From: Gammaproteobacteria bacterium
GTDB lineage: Bacteria > Pseudomonadota > Gammaproteobacteria > Eutrophobiales > Eutrophobiaceae
DNA: 64,000 bases
Assembly (NCBI GenBank): GCA_021773235.1
Contig: JAJFKL010000043.1
Coordinates: forward strand, 14,072 to 78,071
Direction: 5' to 3'
The notes below the pieces were generated by a model, which saw nothing but the letters and a program-made list of their open reading frames with translations, made no database searches and had not been told where the DNA came from. The position numbers and the translations under genes were made by a program. Positions 38,000 to 48,613 of this stretch are shown piece by piece (position 1 is the stretch's first letter; each line of letters begins with the position of its first letter).

Positions 38000-40141
38000 C
38001 TATATATGCGGTAAGTGCTCAAGTTTACGTCGGAATTCATCCGTTATTTTTTTTGCATCTACGTTATTACGCACAACACGAGGAGTTAATAGGACAACTA
38101 GCTCCGTTCGTCTTTTTTCGACACTTGTATTACCAAATAATTTTCCTATAAATGGAATTTTATACAAACCGGGGATGCCACCTTCATTTTCCGACTCAGA
38201 ATTACGTATTAAGCCACCTAAAACAATGGTTTGTCCTGTATTGATCGCGACAGTACTTTCTATTTGTCGTTGCTGAATGGTGGGGGCATCAATATTTGAT
38301 GATGTTGTCGCTACGGCATTACTGACCTCTTGGCGAATATCCATAGTAACAAGACCACTATTATTCACGCGAGGGGTAACTTCAAGTGTGACACCCGTAT
38401 TTCTGAATTGGATTTCATTAACCGTTGGCGCATTTGGATCCACATTACTGCTTGATTGCCGAGTAGGCACAGGTATTTCATCACCAACATTAATTGTTGC
38501 TGTCTGATTATCTAAAACCATTAATGACGGAGCGGAAAGGACATTAACTTCTGATTCAGTTTCTAATGCATTTAAAGCAACTTTAATATTTGATGCACTA
38601 TTAACAATGGAATAAGAAAATCCCGGTGCCAATGCCGACAAGCCTGCTGTGCCTGAATCGAGTTGCCCCTGACCAGTTCGACTTCGACCAACTTGATTGT
38701 TGAAGAACCATTCGACGCCATAACTTAAATCACCATTTAACGTGACTTCCAAAATGCTTGCTTCAATAAGTACTTGTAGCGGGATTACATCCAGCTTTCT
38801 AATTGCGGCTGCAACCATTTTATAATCACGCGAAGAGGCGAGTATGACTAATGCATTACGTGTGTCGTCTGCAATGATCTCTACGGAGCTATTAGAGTTA
38901 ATAGAAAGTCCTGAGTCACCAACGCTGACCGGTGCTATAGGTGTCGATGTTGTATTTTCGTTAGCATTTGCATTTTCGTCTGTGGTTATTTCAACAGGTG
39001 TCGTTCCTGGCGCCAATTGAGGTGCTGTCGATGACGATGTTGACGTGTCACCATCAAAGATATTACCCAAGATTTCGGCAATTTCTATTGCTTTGGCATT
39101 TTGTACATTATAAACATAGAGGTTTTGGCCTACTTGTTCGCCTTGTCTATCCAGCCGGTAGAGCCAAATTTCTGCTTCACGAAGGGCGGCTTGTGTTGAA
39201 CTGATTAATAATATTGAATTTAATCGTTCTAGTGCAACACTGCGTACCAAACCATCTAATAATTCATTAGAAGATGAGCCTTCAACGCCGCCTAATATTT
39301 CATCCAGTTCTGTTTTTAATGTTTCTGGATCCACATAATCAAGTGGATAGAGTCCGACAGACATGCCACGTAACCAATCGACATCAAAGATGTTAATGGT
39401 TTCCTGAAGCTGTTGTAGTTCATCAGGTGTACCGCCAATAATTAGCATATTTCTTTGCTTATCTACTCTGAGCTCACCACCGTCGGTTATGAAAGGCTCA
39501 AGTATTTTTTGCATTTCCTGAGCGGCAATAAATTCTAAGGGAACAATTCTGACACTGTACCCACTTTGAACTGATACTTCAGGAGTGGTAGGCGAGAGAT
39601 TTCCTTTTACAACTTTGGATTTTGGTAAGACTTTATAAATACCATTCGATTCTATTATTGCAGCATTGTTAATCGATAAGAGCTCTTCCAGTAGCGGGAA
39701 TAATTGTTCTTTCTTTAAAGGGTTTGCTGTTTCTATTGTGACTGAACCGCTTACTTGAGGGTCGATAACAAAATTTACATTAAGGACATCACTTAGAATA
39801 ACTTTGACGAACTCATTAATATCAGTACCTTGAAAATTAAGTGTAATGTCGCCTGCATCAGTTTGTGTAGTCGTTATGTCTTTAGGTGTCGATTCTCCAA
39901 CATATTTACCATCGCCAATTTCAATTATTTGTTGGCGTTTATCATTAACAGGATCCGAATTTCCGATTAATACTTCATCTTGAACAATAGGTTCAAATTT
40001 TTCTGATTGGGTAGTGCTGGCGGGTACTGGATCTTCCTTAACAATAGTTGGCGCTATCGTATATCCGAACATATTGCAGCCCGTTACTAGAACTAGGGTA
40101 GCACTAGATATGACAATTAAATTTAACAGCTTCTTCTTCAT
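38000..40141 (-). CDS. gspD: type II secretion system secretin GspD (XpsD-like), lipoprotein-type signal
   Basis: 713 aa. Lipobox LVTGC. N-domain repeats. C-terminal secretin motif GGIPGLYKIPFIGKLFG. Last gene of the gsp operon. Confidence 0.85.
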   Translation of the reverse strand: MKKKLLNLIVISSATLVLVTGCNMFGYTIAPTIVKEDPVPASTTQSEKFEPIVQDEVLIGNSDPVNDKRQQIIEIGDGKYVGESTPKDITTTQTDAGDITLNFQGTDINEFVKVILSDVLNVNFVIDPQVSGSVTIETANPLKKEQLFPLLEELLSINNAAIIESNGIYKVLPKSKVVKGNLSPTTPEVSVQSGYSVRIVPLEFIAAQEMQKILEPFITDGGELRVDKQRNMLIIGGTPDELQQLQETINIFDVDWLRGMSVGLYPLDYVDPETLKTELDEILGGVEGSSSNELLDGLVRSVALERLNSILLISSTQAALREAEIWLYRLDRQGEQVGQNLYVYNVQNAKAIEIAEILGNIFDGDTSTSSSTAPQLAPGTTPVEITTDENANANENTTSTPIAPVSVGDSGLSINSNSSVEIIADDTRNALVILASSRDYKMVAAAIRKLDVIPLQVLIEASILEVTLNGDLSYGVEWFFNNQVGRSRTGQGQLDSGTAGLSALAPGFSYSIVNSASNIKVALNALETESEVNVLSAPSLMVLDNQTATINVGDEIPVPTRQSSSNVDPNAPTVNEIQFRNTGVTLEVTPRVNNSGLVTMDIRQEVSNAVATTSSNIDAPTIQQRQIESTVAINTGQTIVLGGLIRNSESENEGGIPGLYKIPFIGKLFGNTSVEKRRTELVVLLTPRVVRNNVDAKKITDEFRRKLEHLPHI

Positions 40142-40245
40142 GAAGATGAAACTCCTTTAAGATTACCGTTTTATATTATTATTATTACTTTATTCTATGC
40201 TTTCTCAGCTGAATATAAAGCATTATTAGCAATGTATTACCAAAT

Positions 40246-40887
40246 TTATGTGCCAGGCGGTGTTGATGTTTTGATGGGGATTGGGGGTGTTTTTTTAGTT
40301 TGTTGGTTTATTCCTTCTTTAGGACTCGTTTTGTTATTTTTCGTAGCCGGCTGTTTTTGAGGTTTGCTAGTTTTTATTTCGAGTTCAAGGTTTTTAGTTT
40401 CATTCCCTTTTTTTAGCAATACTGCTCGTGGTTCGATGGTTTCTAATATCCAGCCTTCTATTTCTTCACCGAGAGCAAGACGTTGTAATGTCTTGCTCCG
40501 ATCGGACTGAATGATGGCGAGTTGTCTTCCTGGCGTGATGATTACTGCATTTAATGAATATTGTTCAGTTTTTTTCGGAGTCGCTTTTTTCTTTTGCTTT
40601 GACGGTTTGGTCTGCTTTACAGGTGCAACATAAACGTAAGGTTTTCTATCTGCGAAAAACAAAGGTCGATTGATGACTTCATCGAATTCTGAAATATCGG
40701 GCGCTACATACTGGATTGCTTCAGCTGGTGCTGCGTTGGTAATAGTAGGTTTTTTTTCAACATAAATACTGTTCGGTATCGCTACAGTGTTATTTAAATC
40801 TGCCCAGAGTAGGTAACCTAATATACAACACGTAAATAACAGTGTTATTTTTAAAAAAGTTAATCTAGATTGAGCTGGTTTATTCAT
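40246..40887 (-). CDS. T2SS inner-membrane component GspC/XpsN-like
   Basis: 213 aa. One N-terminal TM. HR-like segment (AVIITPGRQLAIIQSDRSKTLQRLALGEEIEGWILETIEPRAVLL). Lys/Pro-rich linkers. Positioned as xpsN, immediately before gspD. Confidence 0.5.
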   Translation of the reverse strand: MNKPAQSRLTFLKITLLFTCCILGYLLWADLNNTVAIPNSIYVEKKPTITNAAPAEAIQYVAPDISEFDEVINRPLFFADRKPYVYVAPVKQTKPSKQKKKATPKKTEQYSLNAVIITPGRQLAIIQSDRSKTLQRLALGEEIEGWILETIEPRAVLLKKGNETKNLELEIKTSKPQKQPATKNNKTSPKEGINQQTKKTPPIPIKTSTPPGT

Positions 40888-41462
40888 GCGGCAACTCGAT
40901 TCAAATACCCGGTAACATCAAAACGCACCTCTAGTAGTCCTGTATTTTTATTTTGTCTTTTTGATGAAACGTGTCGACGTTGTATCAATAGGTTGTCTGT
41001 AAACAAAAGTGGTTTATTATTTGTTAGTTTGTATAACACTGCTTGCAGTGCTTTCATGTCAACTTGCATGTGTACTTTTATGGTGACTTTAGGATAAACA
41101 TCATCATCTTTACCTGTAATAGCATGCGTGCTAACCAGATTTCCGCCGCTGGCTTCAACGATAGTTTTTAGCTTTTTTTGTAGTTCAGCTGCAATAATGG
41201 CGGGCACATCGCCTGTTAGAAAGTCCGCTTTATTCGCATTATTGTTGTTAAGTGTTTTAATTTCGTTTTCCAATACTTTTATGTTTCCAGCAGCCCCTGA
41301 AAACTTGCTCAATTGAAATGTAAGATCCTCGATGCGGTCAACATTCGCTTTTCTAGTTGTAAGGGCAGGTTGTATGAGAACAAAATAAAATACAGCGACA
41401 GTGATTAATGAAATTCCTGCGGAAAATAGACCGTGTTGCCAATGGGAGAGTTTTGTTTTCAT
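40884..41462 (-). CDS. gspM: T2SS protein GspM-like
   Basis: 192 aa bitopic protein between gspL and gspC/N. Assignment by position and topology. Confidence 0.55.
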   Translation of the reverse strand: MKTKLSHWQHGLFSAGISLITVAVFYFVLIQPALTTRKANVDRIEDLTFQLSKFSGAAGNIKVLENEIKTLNNNNANKADFLTGDVPAIIAAELQKKLKTIVEASGGNLVSTHAITGKDDDVYPKVTIKVHMQVDMKALQAVLYKLTNNKPLLFTDNLLIQRRHVSSKRQNKNTGLLEVRFDVTGYLNRVAA

Positions 41463-42535
41463 ATTCTCTCCTGTTTGAATTTAGCTGATAAATGAAATTT
41501 ATCTTTGCCAGTTGATCTATTTTGTGTGACAGGTGATCTGAATTGTACTTTGGTAAAGTATGCAGAAGAATCCAGTGTTTGAATAAGTGATGAAGCGTTA
41601 CTTGATTCACCCTGTAATTGCAAATCACCGGTTTTCATAACAAAACGTGTTAACCAGGTATCGTCGGGAATAATTTGTGTCACCTCATCGATGAGTTTGA
41701 GGCTACTTATTTCATTTGCGCGTTTATTTTTCAGAAATTGCATTTGCCCCAATATCTTTTCTTTGTCTTGTCGGAGTTCTTGTAAACGCATAGCCGTTTT
41801 TCTTTGTTTGACTATTTCCGATTCAAGCAGACTTAGATTCTTTTGTTGGTTAATTATTGGAGCAAATAACAGGGCGACTAAAAGTAAGCATGTTGTTGTC
41901 ACCAAAATAAGTAAGGCATTGTCAGATTTGACATTTTCCTGAGGTCTTTTTTCAGCCGAGAGCAGGTTAAGACGTGGGTTGTCATATTGGCTTACAGGTT
42001 TAATTGAGTCTAGTTCAATATCCCACGTGTTCAGTTCGCCGAGTATACTGTCAATTCGATCACGTGGTACTAAAAACAATTCAAGATGAACTTTATCTGA
42101 ATCTACATTATTTTCATTTAAAAGATAATCATAATAGGTTTGTTCTGGTGTGAATGGAGTTTTTCGATTCATTTCAAACGAAAGCACTTCTCTTAAATTT
42201 GAACTTGCTGCTTTGGGGAAGGCCATTTTTTTTGTTAAAAAGAGTTCGTCAGGAATTATCAGTGAGACATAACAATTGTGTTGTAAGTTTTCCTGTAACC
42301 AACTCAAAACAACAGCACGTTCTATATCATCAGTTTTAACAAACTGTCGTATCTCACTGGCTTCTTTTAAACTATTTGAGTATCGCTTAAATAAAACCTG
42401 CTGCTCTTTGAATTCTATCGTGATCAATGCAGGAACAGGGTTAAATACCTTGCTTATTGAAGCAGGGCAGAGGTAGCCTAGACCTTCTGTCCACCATGCA
42501 ATCGCATCATTAAACTTTAAAATACCAAACATCAA
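41459..42535 (-). CDS. gspL: T2SS protein GspL-like
   Basis: 358 aa. Cytoplasmic domain, one TM, periplasmic domain. Position between gspK and gspM. Confidence 0.6.
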   Translation of the reverse strand: MMFGILKFNDAIAWWTEGLGYLCPASISKVFNPVPALITIEFKEQQVLFKRYSNSLKEASEIRQFVKTDDIERAVVLSWLQENLQHNCYVSLIIPDELFLTKKMAFPKAASSNLREVLSFEMNRKTPFTPEQTYYDYLLNENNVDSDKVHLELFLVPRDRIDSILGELNTWDIELDSIKPVSQYDNPRLNLLSAEKRPQENVKSDNALLILVTTTCLLLVALLFAPIINQQKNLSLLESEIVKQRKTAMRLQELRQDKEKILGQMQFLKNKRANEISSLKLIDEVTQIIPDDTWLTRFVMKTGDLQLQGESSNASSLIQTLDSSAYFTKVQFRSPVTQNRSTGKDKFHLSAKFKQERI

Positions 42536-43486
42536 TTAGCTCTCTGTTTCTTCAAATTCTGATTCACTTTCTTTTTTACTACTTTCTGAGGATTCTTGCC
42601 ATGATAAAATGGAATAAGGTCTATTTATATATTGCTTCATTAACACAATAACTTCGAGTTTTGCATGTGTATCGTGAATGATTCCTTCACTGGAAATTGA
42701 AAAAATCTGGCCGATGGATTTAGACAAGTGCTTCGAGTCTATACCAATCAAGGGAGGAGGAGTCTGTGTGTCGGTAATATTCAACCTTGATTCTATAAAA
42801 TCATCCACTTGTTCCACACTGATGCCAGGTATCGCTAGTAATGCTTCTCTTGGAGCAGAATTTGGATTTATGCCGGCTTGATGTGAATGTATAGTTAGCG
42901 CAGGCTTCAATCTATTATAGATAGTAGTGGTCATGCCTAAAACCAATTGCAATTCATCCAATGAATTAAATGAACCGTCTTTTGCACCATACTCATAGTC
43001 GAGACGTTGATAATCATCATCTTCAGCACCATTAGTGCGTACTAAATTATCCTTGTCACGCCAGTCGAGAATTGCCTGTAGCAGTTGCAAATGATCTTCT
43101 TCGGTTGATTCAGAAGCATCGCTTGATTGAATTAAACCATACAAGAGATCGGAGCGGGCTGTATTTAAATCTATTTTTCCCGATTCATCAATTATTTTTA
43201 AGTTGATATTGCCTTGTTTAAATTCATGTGAATAATTAGTTCCGTCAGTTTTCCAGATCTGCTCTACCCTCGGTTTTAATAGCTCAGATACGGCCTGCCA
43301 TACACCCGCTTCTGCAATGGCTTTTGCTTGGTTTGAATGAACAAGGTTTGCAGTTAACCCGGTTTCTATTCTAACCATACGGCTATAACCAGTAGCTAAT
43401 ATAATGAGTAACGACAGCATCCACAGCACAATCACAAGAGCGATACCTGATTGACGACTTTTAGATTGAATTACTTTTTGTGTCAT
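42536..43486 (-). CDS. gspK: T2SS minor pseudopilin GspK
   Basis: 316 aa. N-terminal SGIALVIVLWMLSLLIILA hydrophobic segment typical of GspK. Confidence 0.75.
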   Translation of the reverse strand: MTQKVIQSKSRQSGIALVIVLWMLSLLIILATGYSRMVRIETGLTANLVHSNQAKAIAEAGVWQAVSELLKPRVEQIWKTDGTNYSHEFKQGNINLKIIDESGKIDLNTARSDLLYGLIQSSDASESTEEDHLQLLQAILDWRDKDNLVRTNGAEDDDYQRLDYEYGAKDGSFNSLDELQLVLGMTTTIYNRLKPALTIHSHQAGINPNSAPREALLAIPGISVEQVDDFIESRLNITDTQTPPPLIGIDSKHLSKSIGQIFSISSEGIIHDTHAKLEVIVLMKQYINRPYSILSWQESSESSKKESESEFEETES

Positions 43487-43490
43487 CTGA

Positions 43491-44168
43491 TTAAATTGGA
43501 GATTGAGAGGTTTTACTCAGAACAAATTGCGCTTGTCCTCTGACAAAATGTGAGTGCAACGGGATCTTTAGTTCAGGCCAGTCTTGATTTTCATCTGTGC
43601 CGAGAATTTTTATACTGATAAGAAGAGGTAAAAATTGATCGTTCTGCCATTCATCTTGCCATTGCGGTGATTGATCTGCTTTTTCACGACCAAAGTAGGC
43701 GATTTCAATATCTTTTATATCTTCCAATAGCGTTACTTGCTCAAAATTTTCATTATCAAATGGATAAACATCTCCTCCAGCATGACGGTAATAGAAATCA
43801 AGATGATTCATGTCATCAGTGTTATTTATTTTCAGCGAGACCAGTTGTACGCCACCACCACCACGATGAGCAGGCAAAGTTGTTGTAAAACTTATTTCAT
43901 TATTTTTACCAGAAAACAGGAGTTTTTGCTTTTTATTGTCAGACCATAACAATGGCGTCATTTGAGTGAGCTGTCGTTGAATAAACTGAGCCACAATTCT
44001 GGTCTCATCATTGAGTGCTATTTTACGTTCAGTTGACTGCCAACTTTTGTTTGCAGTGAAAATAGTGCTAAAGAGTAAGACTAATATTAAACTGAGCAAG
44101 GTCATTGCGATGATTACTTCAATCAAGGTAAAGCCACTAGCGATTTTTATTTTAATATTATTCTTCAT
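43491..44168 (-). CDS. gspJ: T2SS minor pseudopilin GspJ
   Basis: 225 aa. Prepilin-type N-terminus GFTLIEVIIAMTLL. Confidence 0.75.
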   Translation of the reverse strand: MKNNIKIKIASGFTLIEVIIAMTLLSLILVLLFSTIFTANKSWQSTERKIALNDETRIVAQFIQRQLTQMTPLLWSDNKKQKLLFSGKNNEISFTTTLPAHRGGGGVQLVSLKINNTDDMNHLDFYYRHAGGDVYPFDNENFEQVTLLEDIKDIEIAYFGREKADQSPQWQDEWQNDQFLPLLISIKILGTDENQDWPELKIPLHSHFVRGQAQFVLSKTSQSPI

Positions 44169-44593
44169 GAGACTGGAATCATTTTTAAAGTGCTCAATTT
44201 AATGGAGCGAGTTTTTCCAAGGCTGTCCCAGCTTACTTCAACTTCGACCTCACGTTTGACAATACGAAATCTAGTTTCAAGTGTTCCATAATCATCGTCT
44301 GGTATCTGAATATTAGTGTTCCAGTGGTATTTGTTATTTTCAACGCCTGAAAGCACGCCATTATCAGATAGTTCGTCTATTCCGATGCTAGCCAATTTAG
44401 ATTGAGCCACAATTACTGCGCGCGAATATTCATCACTTAATACCGTTGAACGTGCGCCAGTACTATAGATTTGAAAAATAACACCAAGGCTTAAGGCAAA
44501 TATAGAGAAAGCAACCAACACCTCTAGTAATGAAAACCCTTTATGCTTCTTAATCATGTTTTGGGAAGGATCTTGATTTTCCCGGTTAACCAA
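44165..44593 (-). CDS. gspI: T2SS minor pseudopilin GspI
   Basis: 142 aa. Prepilin-type N-terminus KGFSLLEVLVAFSIFAL. Confidence 0.75.
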   Translation of the reverse strand: MVNRENQDPSQNMIKKHKGFSLLEVLVAFSIFALSLGVIFQIYSTGARSTVLSDEYSRAVIVAQSKLASIGIDELSDNGVLSGVENNKYHWNTNIQIPDDDYGTLETRFRIVKREVEVEVSWDSLGKTRSIKLSTLKMIPVS

Positions 44594-45009
44594 TTTACAT
44601 CGATCAAATACTCTTTCTTTTCAAAAGCTAGTTTTATTTGACCACCGGTTGAACTGCCGTCTGGAAAAAAACGGATACGACCTTCCTTTTCAGATAGTTG
44701 CTCTGAACGGGCTGTAATTATAGAAAGGGAGGACGATTCAGGAATGGTTAATGTTTTTTCTTTTTCATCAACAGTGAATGTTTTATTTTCTATGTTTAAA
44801 CTGAGTGTTGTTTCATGCTGACGGGATATCGCAAGGCTACGCGTTTTCTTTAGATTAGAGGCTAACTCTCGCGTTGCTGTTTTAGTTTGACTGCTAGCAA
44901 TTACATTCGGTAAAAAGGGTGGCACTATAGTCAATATCAATGCGAGTATGACAAAAACAACCAAAAGCTCGAATAGTGTGAATCCAGTATTGGTGTGTTT
45001 GATTCTCAT
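44554..45009 (-). CDS. gspH: T2SS minor pseudopilin GspH
   Basis: 151 aa. Prepilin-type N-terminus GFTLFELLVVFVILAL. Confidence 0.75.
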   Translation of the reverse strand: MRIKHTNTGFTLFELLVVFVILALILTIVPPFLPNVIASSQTKTATRELASNLKKTRSLAISRQHETTLSLNIENKTFTVDEKEKTLTIPESSSLSIITARSEQLSEKEGRIRFFPDGSSTGGQIKLAFEKKEYLIDVNWLTGKIKILPKT

Positions 45010-45033
45010 AAGGTATTACACATCGCCGGATGT

Positions 45034-45456
45034 CTATTCCCAGTTATTAATGTCCTTATCATCTTTTTCCCCGCCAGTTGTATTATCAGCACCTAAGGTA
45101 TAGAGATCATAGGGGCCATTTTGACCTGGCTCGACATAATGATATGGATTACCCCAGGGGTCGGTCGGTACTTTCTTTTTCTTTAAATAGGGGCCATTCC
45201 AACTTTCAAACCCTGCCGGTTGCGTGGAGAGAGCCTGCAAGCCTTCATCAGAGCTTGGGTAACGACTATTGTCGAGATAAAACAGATCAAGTGCAGCGCC
45301 TATATCTTCAATTTGCAGTCTGGCGGTATCAGATTTTGCCCCACCTACGTACTTCATGACCTGAGGTCCGACTAAGCCAGCCAATAAGCCAAGAATGACA
45401 AGCACAACAAGTAATTCAATTAAGGTAAAGCCAATCTGTTTTTTTGTATTCATCAT
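45034..45456 (-). CDS. gspG: T2SS major pseudopilin GspG
   Basis: The track ORF (196 aa) is over-extended. The start is probably the internal MMNTKKQIGFTLIELLVVLVILGLLAGLVGPQVM (about 141 aa), the classic GspG N-terminus. Confidence 0.85.
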   Translation of the reverse strand: MMNTKKQIGFTLIELLVVLVILGLLAGLVGPQVMKYVGGAKSDTARLQIEDIGAALDLFYLDNSRYPSSDEGLQALSTQPAGFESWNGPYLKKKKVPTDPWGNPYHYVEPGQNGPYDLYTLGADNTTGGEKDDKDINNWE

Positions 45457-45504
45457 AAAATTAATATTAACCATGTGACAATTTATATTTAAGTTAAGGA
45501 TGCT

Positions 45505-45656
45505 TCTATAAATAGTAATTTTTCTGTGAGTGCAAGGAATCATTGCGCGCAGAACCGGAATGTATAAATAATACATGAGGAGATCCTGCTCTGTGAGCAT
45601 TTGAGCACAGTGTTGACACCGCAATCGCGGAAAAAGTGTATTTATAGAGGTGTTCT
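45505..45656. repeat. intra-operon repeat element, copy B (between gspF and gspG)
   Basis: Homologous to 23888..24009. Both copies abut the stop codon of the upstream minus-strand gene. Carries an extra about 25-nt insert relative to copy A. Confidence 0.6.
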
Positions 45657-46889
45657 TTAGACAACAAGTTCATTTAGTCCCAATATTGCAACAAGAATAG
45701 ATAATATAATGACTGCAATCATACCACCAAGCCCAAGTATAAGAACGGGTTCGACTAAGGTCAGCATGCGTTTAATCAAAGAGTTTGTTTCCTGATCATA
45801 AATATCGGCAATTTTTAATAGCATATTCTCTAATTGCCCGGTTTCTTCGCCTACTGCTATTAATTGTATCGCGAGTTGAGGAAAGCGTTGTTCTTTACTT
45901 AATGCTTCTGCAAGTCGACCGCCTTGTTCAAGATTGTGTGTGACCGTGTCCATTACTTCAGCAATGATGCGGTTATTGATAACCTCGCGCACGATGGACA
46001 CACCCATTAATAAAGGAACGCCATTACTGAGTAGCGTACCTAAAGTACGGGAGAATCGTGACACTTCAATTTTCGAGATCAATTCACCATAAAGCGGTAT
46101 TGAAAGAAGAAAGTTATCCCAGCGCCAACGTTTTTCTGGATCTTCAAGTTGTCGTTGAAATAACCAATAGCCACCCACAGCTAATATAGGAAAGGCCCAC
46201 CAAAAACTTTGGAATAGTTCTGCTGTTCCAAACACAAGCTGTGTTGATAAGGGGAGTGCTTGACCGACATCTTCAAATAAAGGCACAAATTGAGGCACGA
46301 CAAACACCATTAACGCGATCACAGATATTATGGCAATGAAAAATAAAATTAGTGGATATATTAATGCAGAAATAATGGTTGAACGCATTTCAGCGCTGCG
46401 CTCAAGATAATCTGATAATCGTTGTAAGACTACTTCTAATGCACCACCAGCTTCACCCGCACGGATCATGTTGAGATAGAGGCGACTAAAACTTTTGCCT
46501 TGCGCTTCCATTGCATCTGACAAGGATGAACCGCCTTGAACGCGGGTATAAATATTATTCACCAAAGAGGCAACAACCGGGTTAGAGCTGACACCTTCTA
46601 AGGTTTGTAAGGCCTGATCAAGTGGTAACCCTGCATGCAAGAGTGTAGCGAGTTCTCTTGTCATGATCGTAATATGATTGGCATTTAATTGACCGTTATT
46701 AAAACGCGGTAATTTGAATGAACGATTTGTATTTCTCTTTACTTTAGAGGCTTCAATTGCGCTGATTGGGATATGACCAGAGTTCTGTAATTTTTCAATC
46801 GCAATAGACTGCGAAGCAGCCTCCATTTCACCTTCCAATTTTTTGCCGCTACTCGTTACAGCTTTATAGAAATAAGTGGGCATGATCAT
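45657..46889 (-). CDS. gspF: T2SS inner-membrane platform protein GspF
   Basis: 410 aa. Two GspF repeats. 3 TM. Confidence 0.9.
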   Translation of the reverse strand: MIMPTYFYKAVTSSGKKLEGEMEAASQSIAIEKLQNSGHIPISAIEASKVKRNTNRSFKLPRFNNGQLNANHITIMTRELATLLHAGLPLDQALQTLEGVSSNPVVASLVNNIYTRVQGGSSLSDAMEAQGKSFSRLYLNMIRAGEAGGALEVVLQRLSDYLERSAEMRSTIISALIYPLILFFIAIISVIALMVFVVPQFVPLFEDVGQALPLSTQLVFGTAELFQSFWWAFPILAVGGYWLFQRQLEDPEKRWRWDNFLLSIPLYGELISKIEVSRFSRTLGTLLSNGVPLLMGVSIVREVINNRIIAEVMDTVTHNLEQGGRLAEALSKEQRFPQLAIQLIAVGEETGQLENMLLKIADIYDQETNSLIKRMLTLVEPVLILGLGGMIAVIILSILVAILGLNELVV

Positions 46890-48613
46890 TCACGAGTAAC
46901 GCGCATAACATCGTCTATTGTTGTAATGCCTTTTAGCGCTTTTTTAATGCCATCGATTTGCATGGTGTCCATGCCTTCATTAATCGCTTCACTTTGTAAG
47001 GTCGTGCCGTCAGCATGAGATAAGATAAGTCGTCGTATGGATTCAGAAATTAATAAAAATTCATTTATAACACTGCGGCCAAGATAACCATTATCCATAC
47101 AACCAACACACCCCACCGGCTCGTATAAGGTTATCTCATTACTTGTTTCATACTGGTCAAGTTTTAACTCGTCGATTAACTCTGGCAGAGGCTGAAAAGA
47201 TTTTCGGCATGCGCCACACAATACTCTCACCAGACGTTGTGCAAGAATGCCATTTAAGGTGGAGGTTAAGAGATAATCTTCAACTCCCATATCGAGTAAG
47301 CGAGTAAGCGAACTACCCGCATCGTTAGTGTGCAATGTAGAAAAGACAAGATGGCCGGTCAAAGCTGATTGCACAGCAATACTCGCCGTTTCAAGATCAC
47401 GCATTTCGCCAATCATTATAACATCGGGGTCTTGTCGGACAATGGAGCGCAGCGCATCACCAAAGTTAAGACCAATCTGCGGTTTTACCTGAATTTGATT
47501 GACCCCTTCGAGTTGATACTCCACAGGATCTTCTACCGTAAGTATTTTTTTGTCTGGCGTATTGAGTTGGTCTAGTGCGGTGTATAGCGTGGTCGTTTTA
47601 CCACTACCTGTCGGACCCGTGACTAAAATAATGCCATGCGGAAGTTTTAAAACTTCCTGCACCTTTTCTTTATTCGCTTTAGAAAAGCCGAGTGAATCAA
47701 AACTAAGACTGACATGTTCTTTATCAAGGATACGCATTACCAGACTTTCACCATGCATGGTCGGAACAGTCGACACACGTAAATCAATCAATTTACCTTG
47801 TGTACGTATCTGAATACGTCCGTCCTGTGGTAATCGACGCTCAGCGATATTCATCTTTGCCATAATCTTGACTCTGGAGATAACAGCAGCAGTTGAACGG
47901 GCAGGGGGTGCTTCAGCTTCCTGCAAAACACCATCAATGCGATAGCGTATTTTTAAGCGACTTTCAAAGGGTTCAATGTGAATATCTGAGGCACGTGACT
48001 CAATAGCATTATTAATGACTAAGCTAACGAGTCTTATAACGGGCGCTTCAGCAGCCAAATCTTTTAAGCGTTCAATTGAATCATCCTCAGTGCCATTCTG
48101 GTCAATATCAATCTCTTCAACGATATCTGCGAGTTTTGTTTGACCATCGCCATAGAATCGTTCCAACGCATTTTCAATTTGTGAAATTGAAGCAATCTTT
48201 GGAATGACTTCTTTATTCGTTGCCAGTTTAATTGCTTGCAATGTATAAGAATCGGTTGGGTCTGCCATTGCGACAACAAGACTTTCCTCCTGTTGTTCAA
48301 TTGGAATAACAAAATATTCTTTTAAAAATTTTGCAGGAAGAGCATCTTCCAATAGAGGTGTATTAGGGAAATCATCATTATTTATTTCAGCAAGATTAGT
48401 GACCTTGCTAAGAGTCGACGCCATGTCACGGTCGGAGATAAGTCCTAATTGAACCAAAAGAATACCTAAAGCAGTGCCATTTTCATTATGTAGTTCTATT
48501 ATTCGTGTTAATTCATCCTGCTTCAATTTTCCTTCAGACAGTAGGAATTGAATGACGTCGCCATTGTCAGCATTCTCAGTAGAAGTCTTTTGTTCAGGTA
48601 AAGTCATTAACAT
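46886..48613 (-). CDS. gspE: T2SS ATPase GspE
   Basis: 575 aa. Walker A GPTGSGKTT. Tetracysteine CGAC...CVGC. Asp and His boxes. Confidence 0.9.
   Translation of the reverse strand: MLMTLPEQKTSTENADNGDVIQFLLSEGKLKQDELTRIIELHNENGTALGILLVQLGLISDRDMASTLSKVTNLAEINNDDFPNTPLLEDALPAKFLKEYFVIPIEQQEESLVVAMADPTDSYTLQAIKLATNKEVIPKIASISQIENALERFYGDGQTKLADIVEEIDIDQNGTEDDSIERLKDLAAEAPVIRLVSLVINNAIESRASDIHIEPFESRLKIRYRIDGVLQEAEAPPARSTAAVISRVKIMAKMNIAERRLPQDGRIQIRTQGKLIDLRVSTVPTMHGESLVMRILDKEHVSLSFDSLGFSKANKEKVQEVLKLPHGIILVTGPTGSGKTTTLYTALDQLNTPDKKILTVEDPVEYQLEGVNQIQVKPQIGLNFGDALRSIVRQDPDVIMIGEMRDLETASIAVQSALTGHLVFSTLHTNDAGSSLTRLLDMGVEDYLLTSTLNGILAQRLVRVLCGACRKSFQPLPELIDELKLDQYETSNEITLYEPVGCVGCMDNGYLGRSVINEFLLISESIRRLILSHADGTTLQSEAINEGMDTMQIDGIKKALKGITTIDDVMRVTRE

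Noticed and set aside
45034-45624. 196-aa GspG ORF as given in the track
   Set aside because: The first 56 residues are not pseudopilin-like and overlap the conserved intergenic repeat. The true start is the internal Met preceding the prepilin motif, so the gene was trimmed to 45034..45456.
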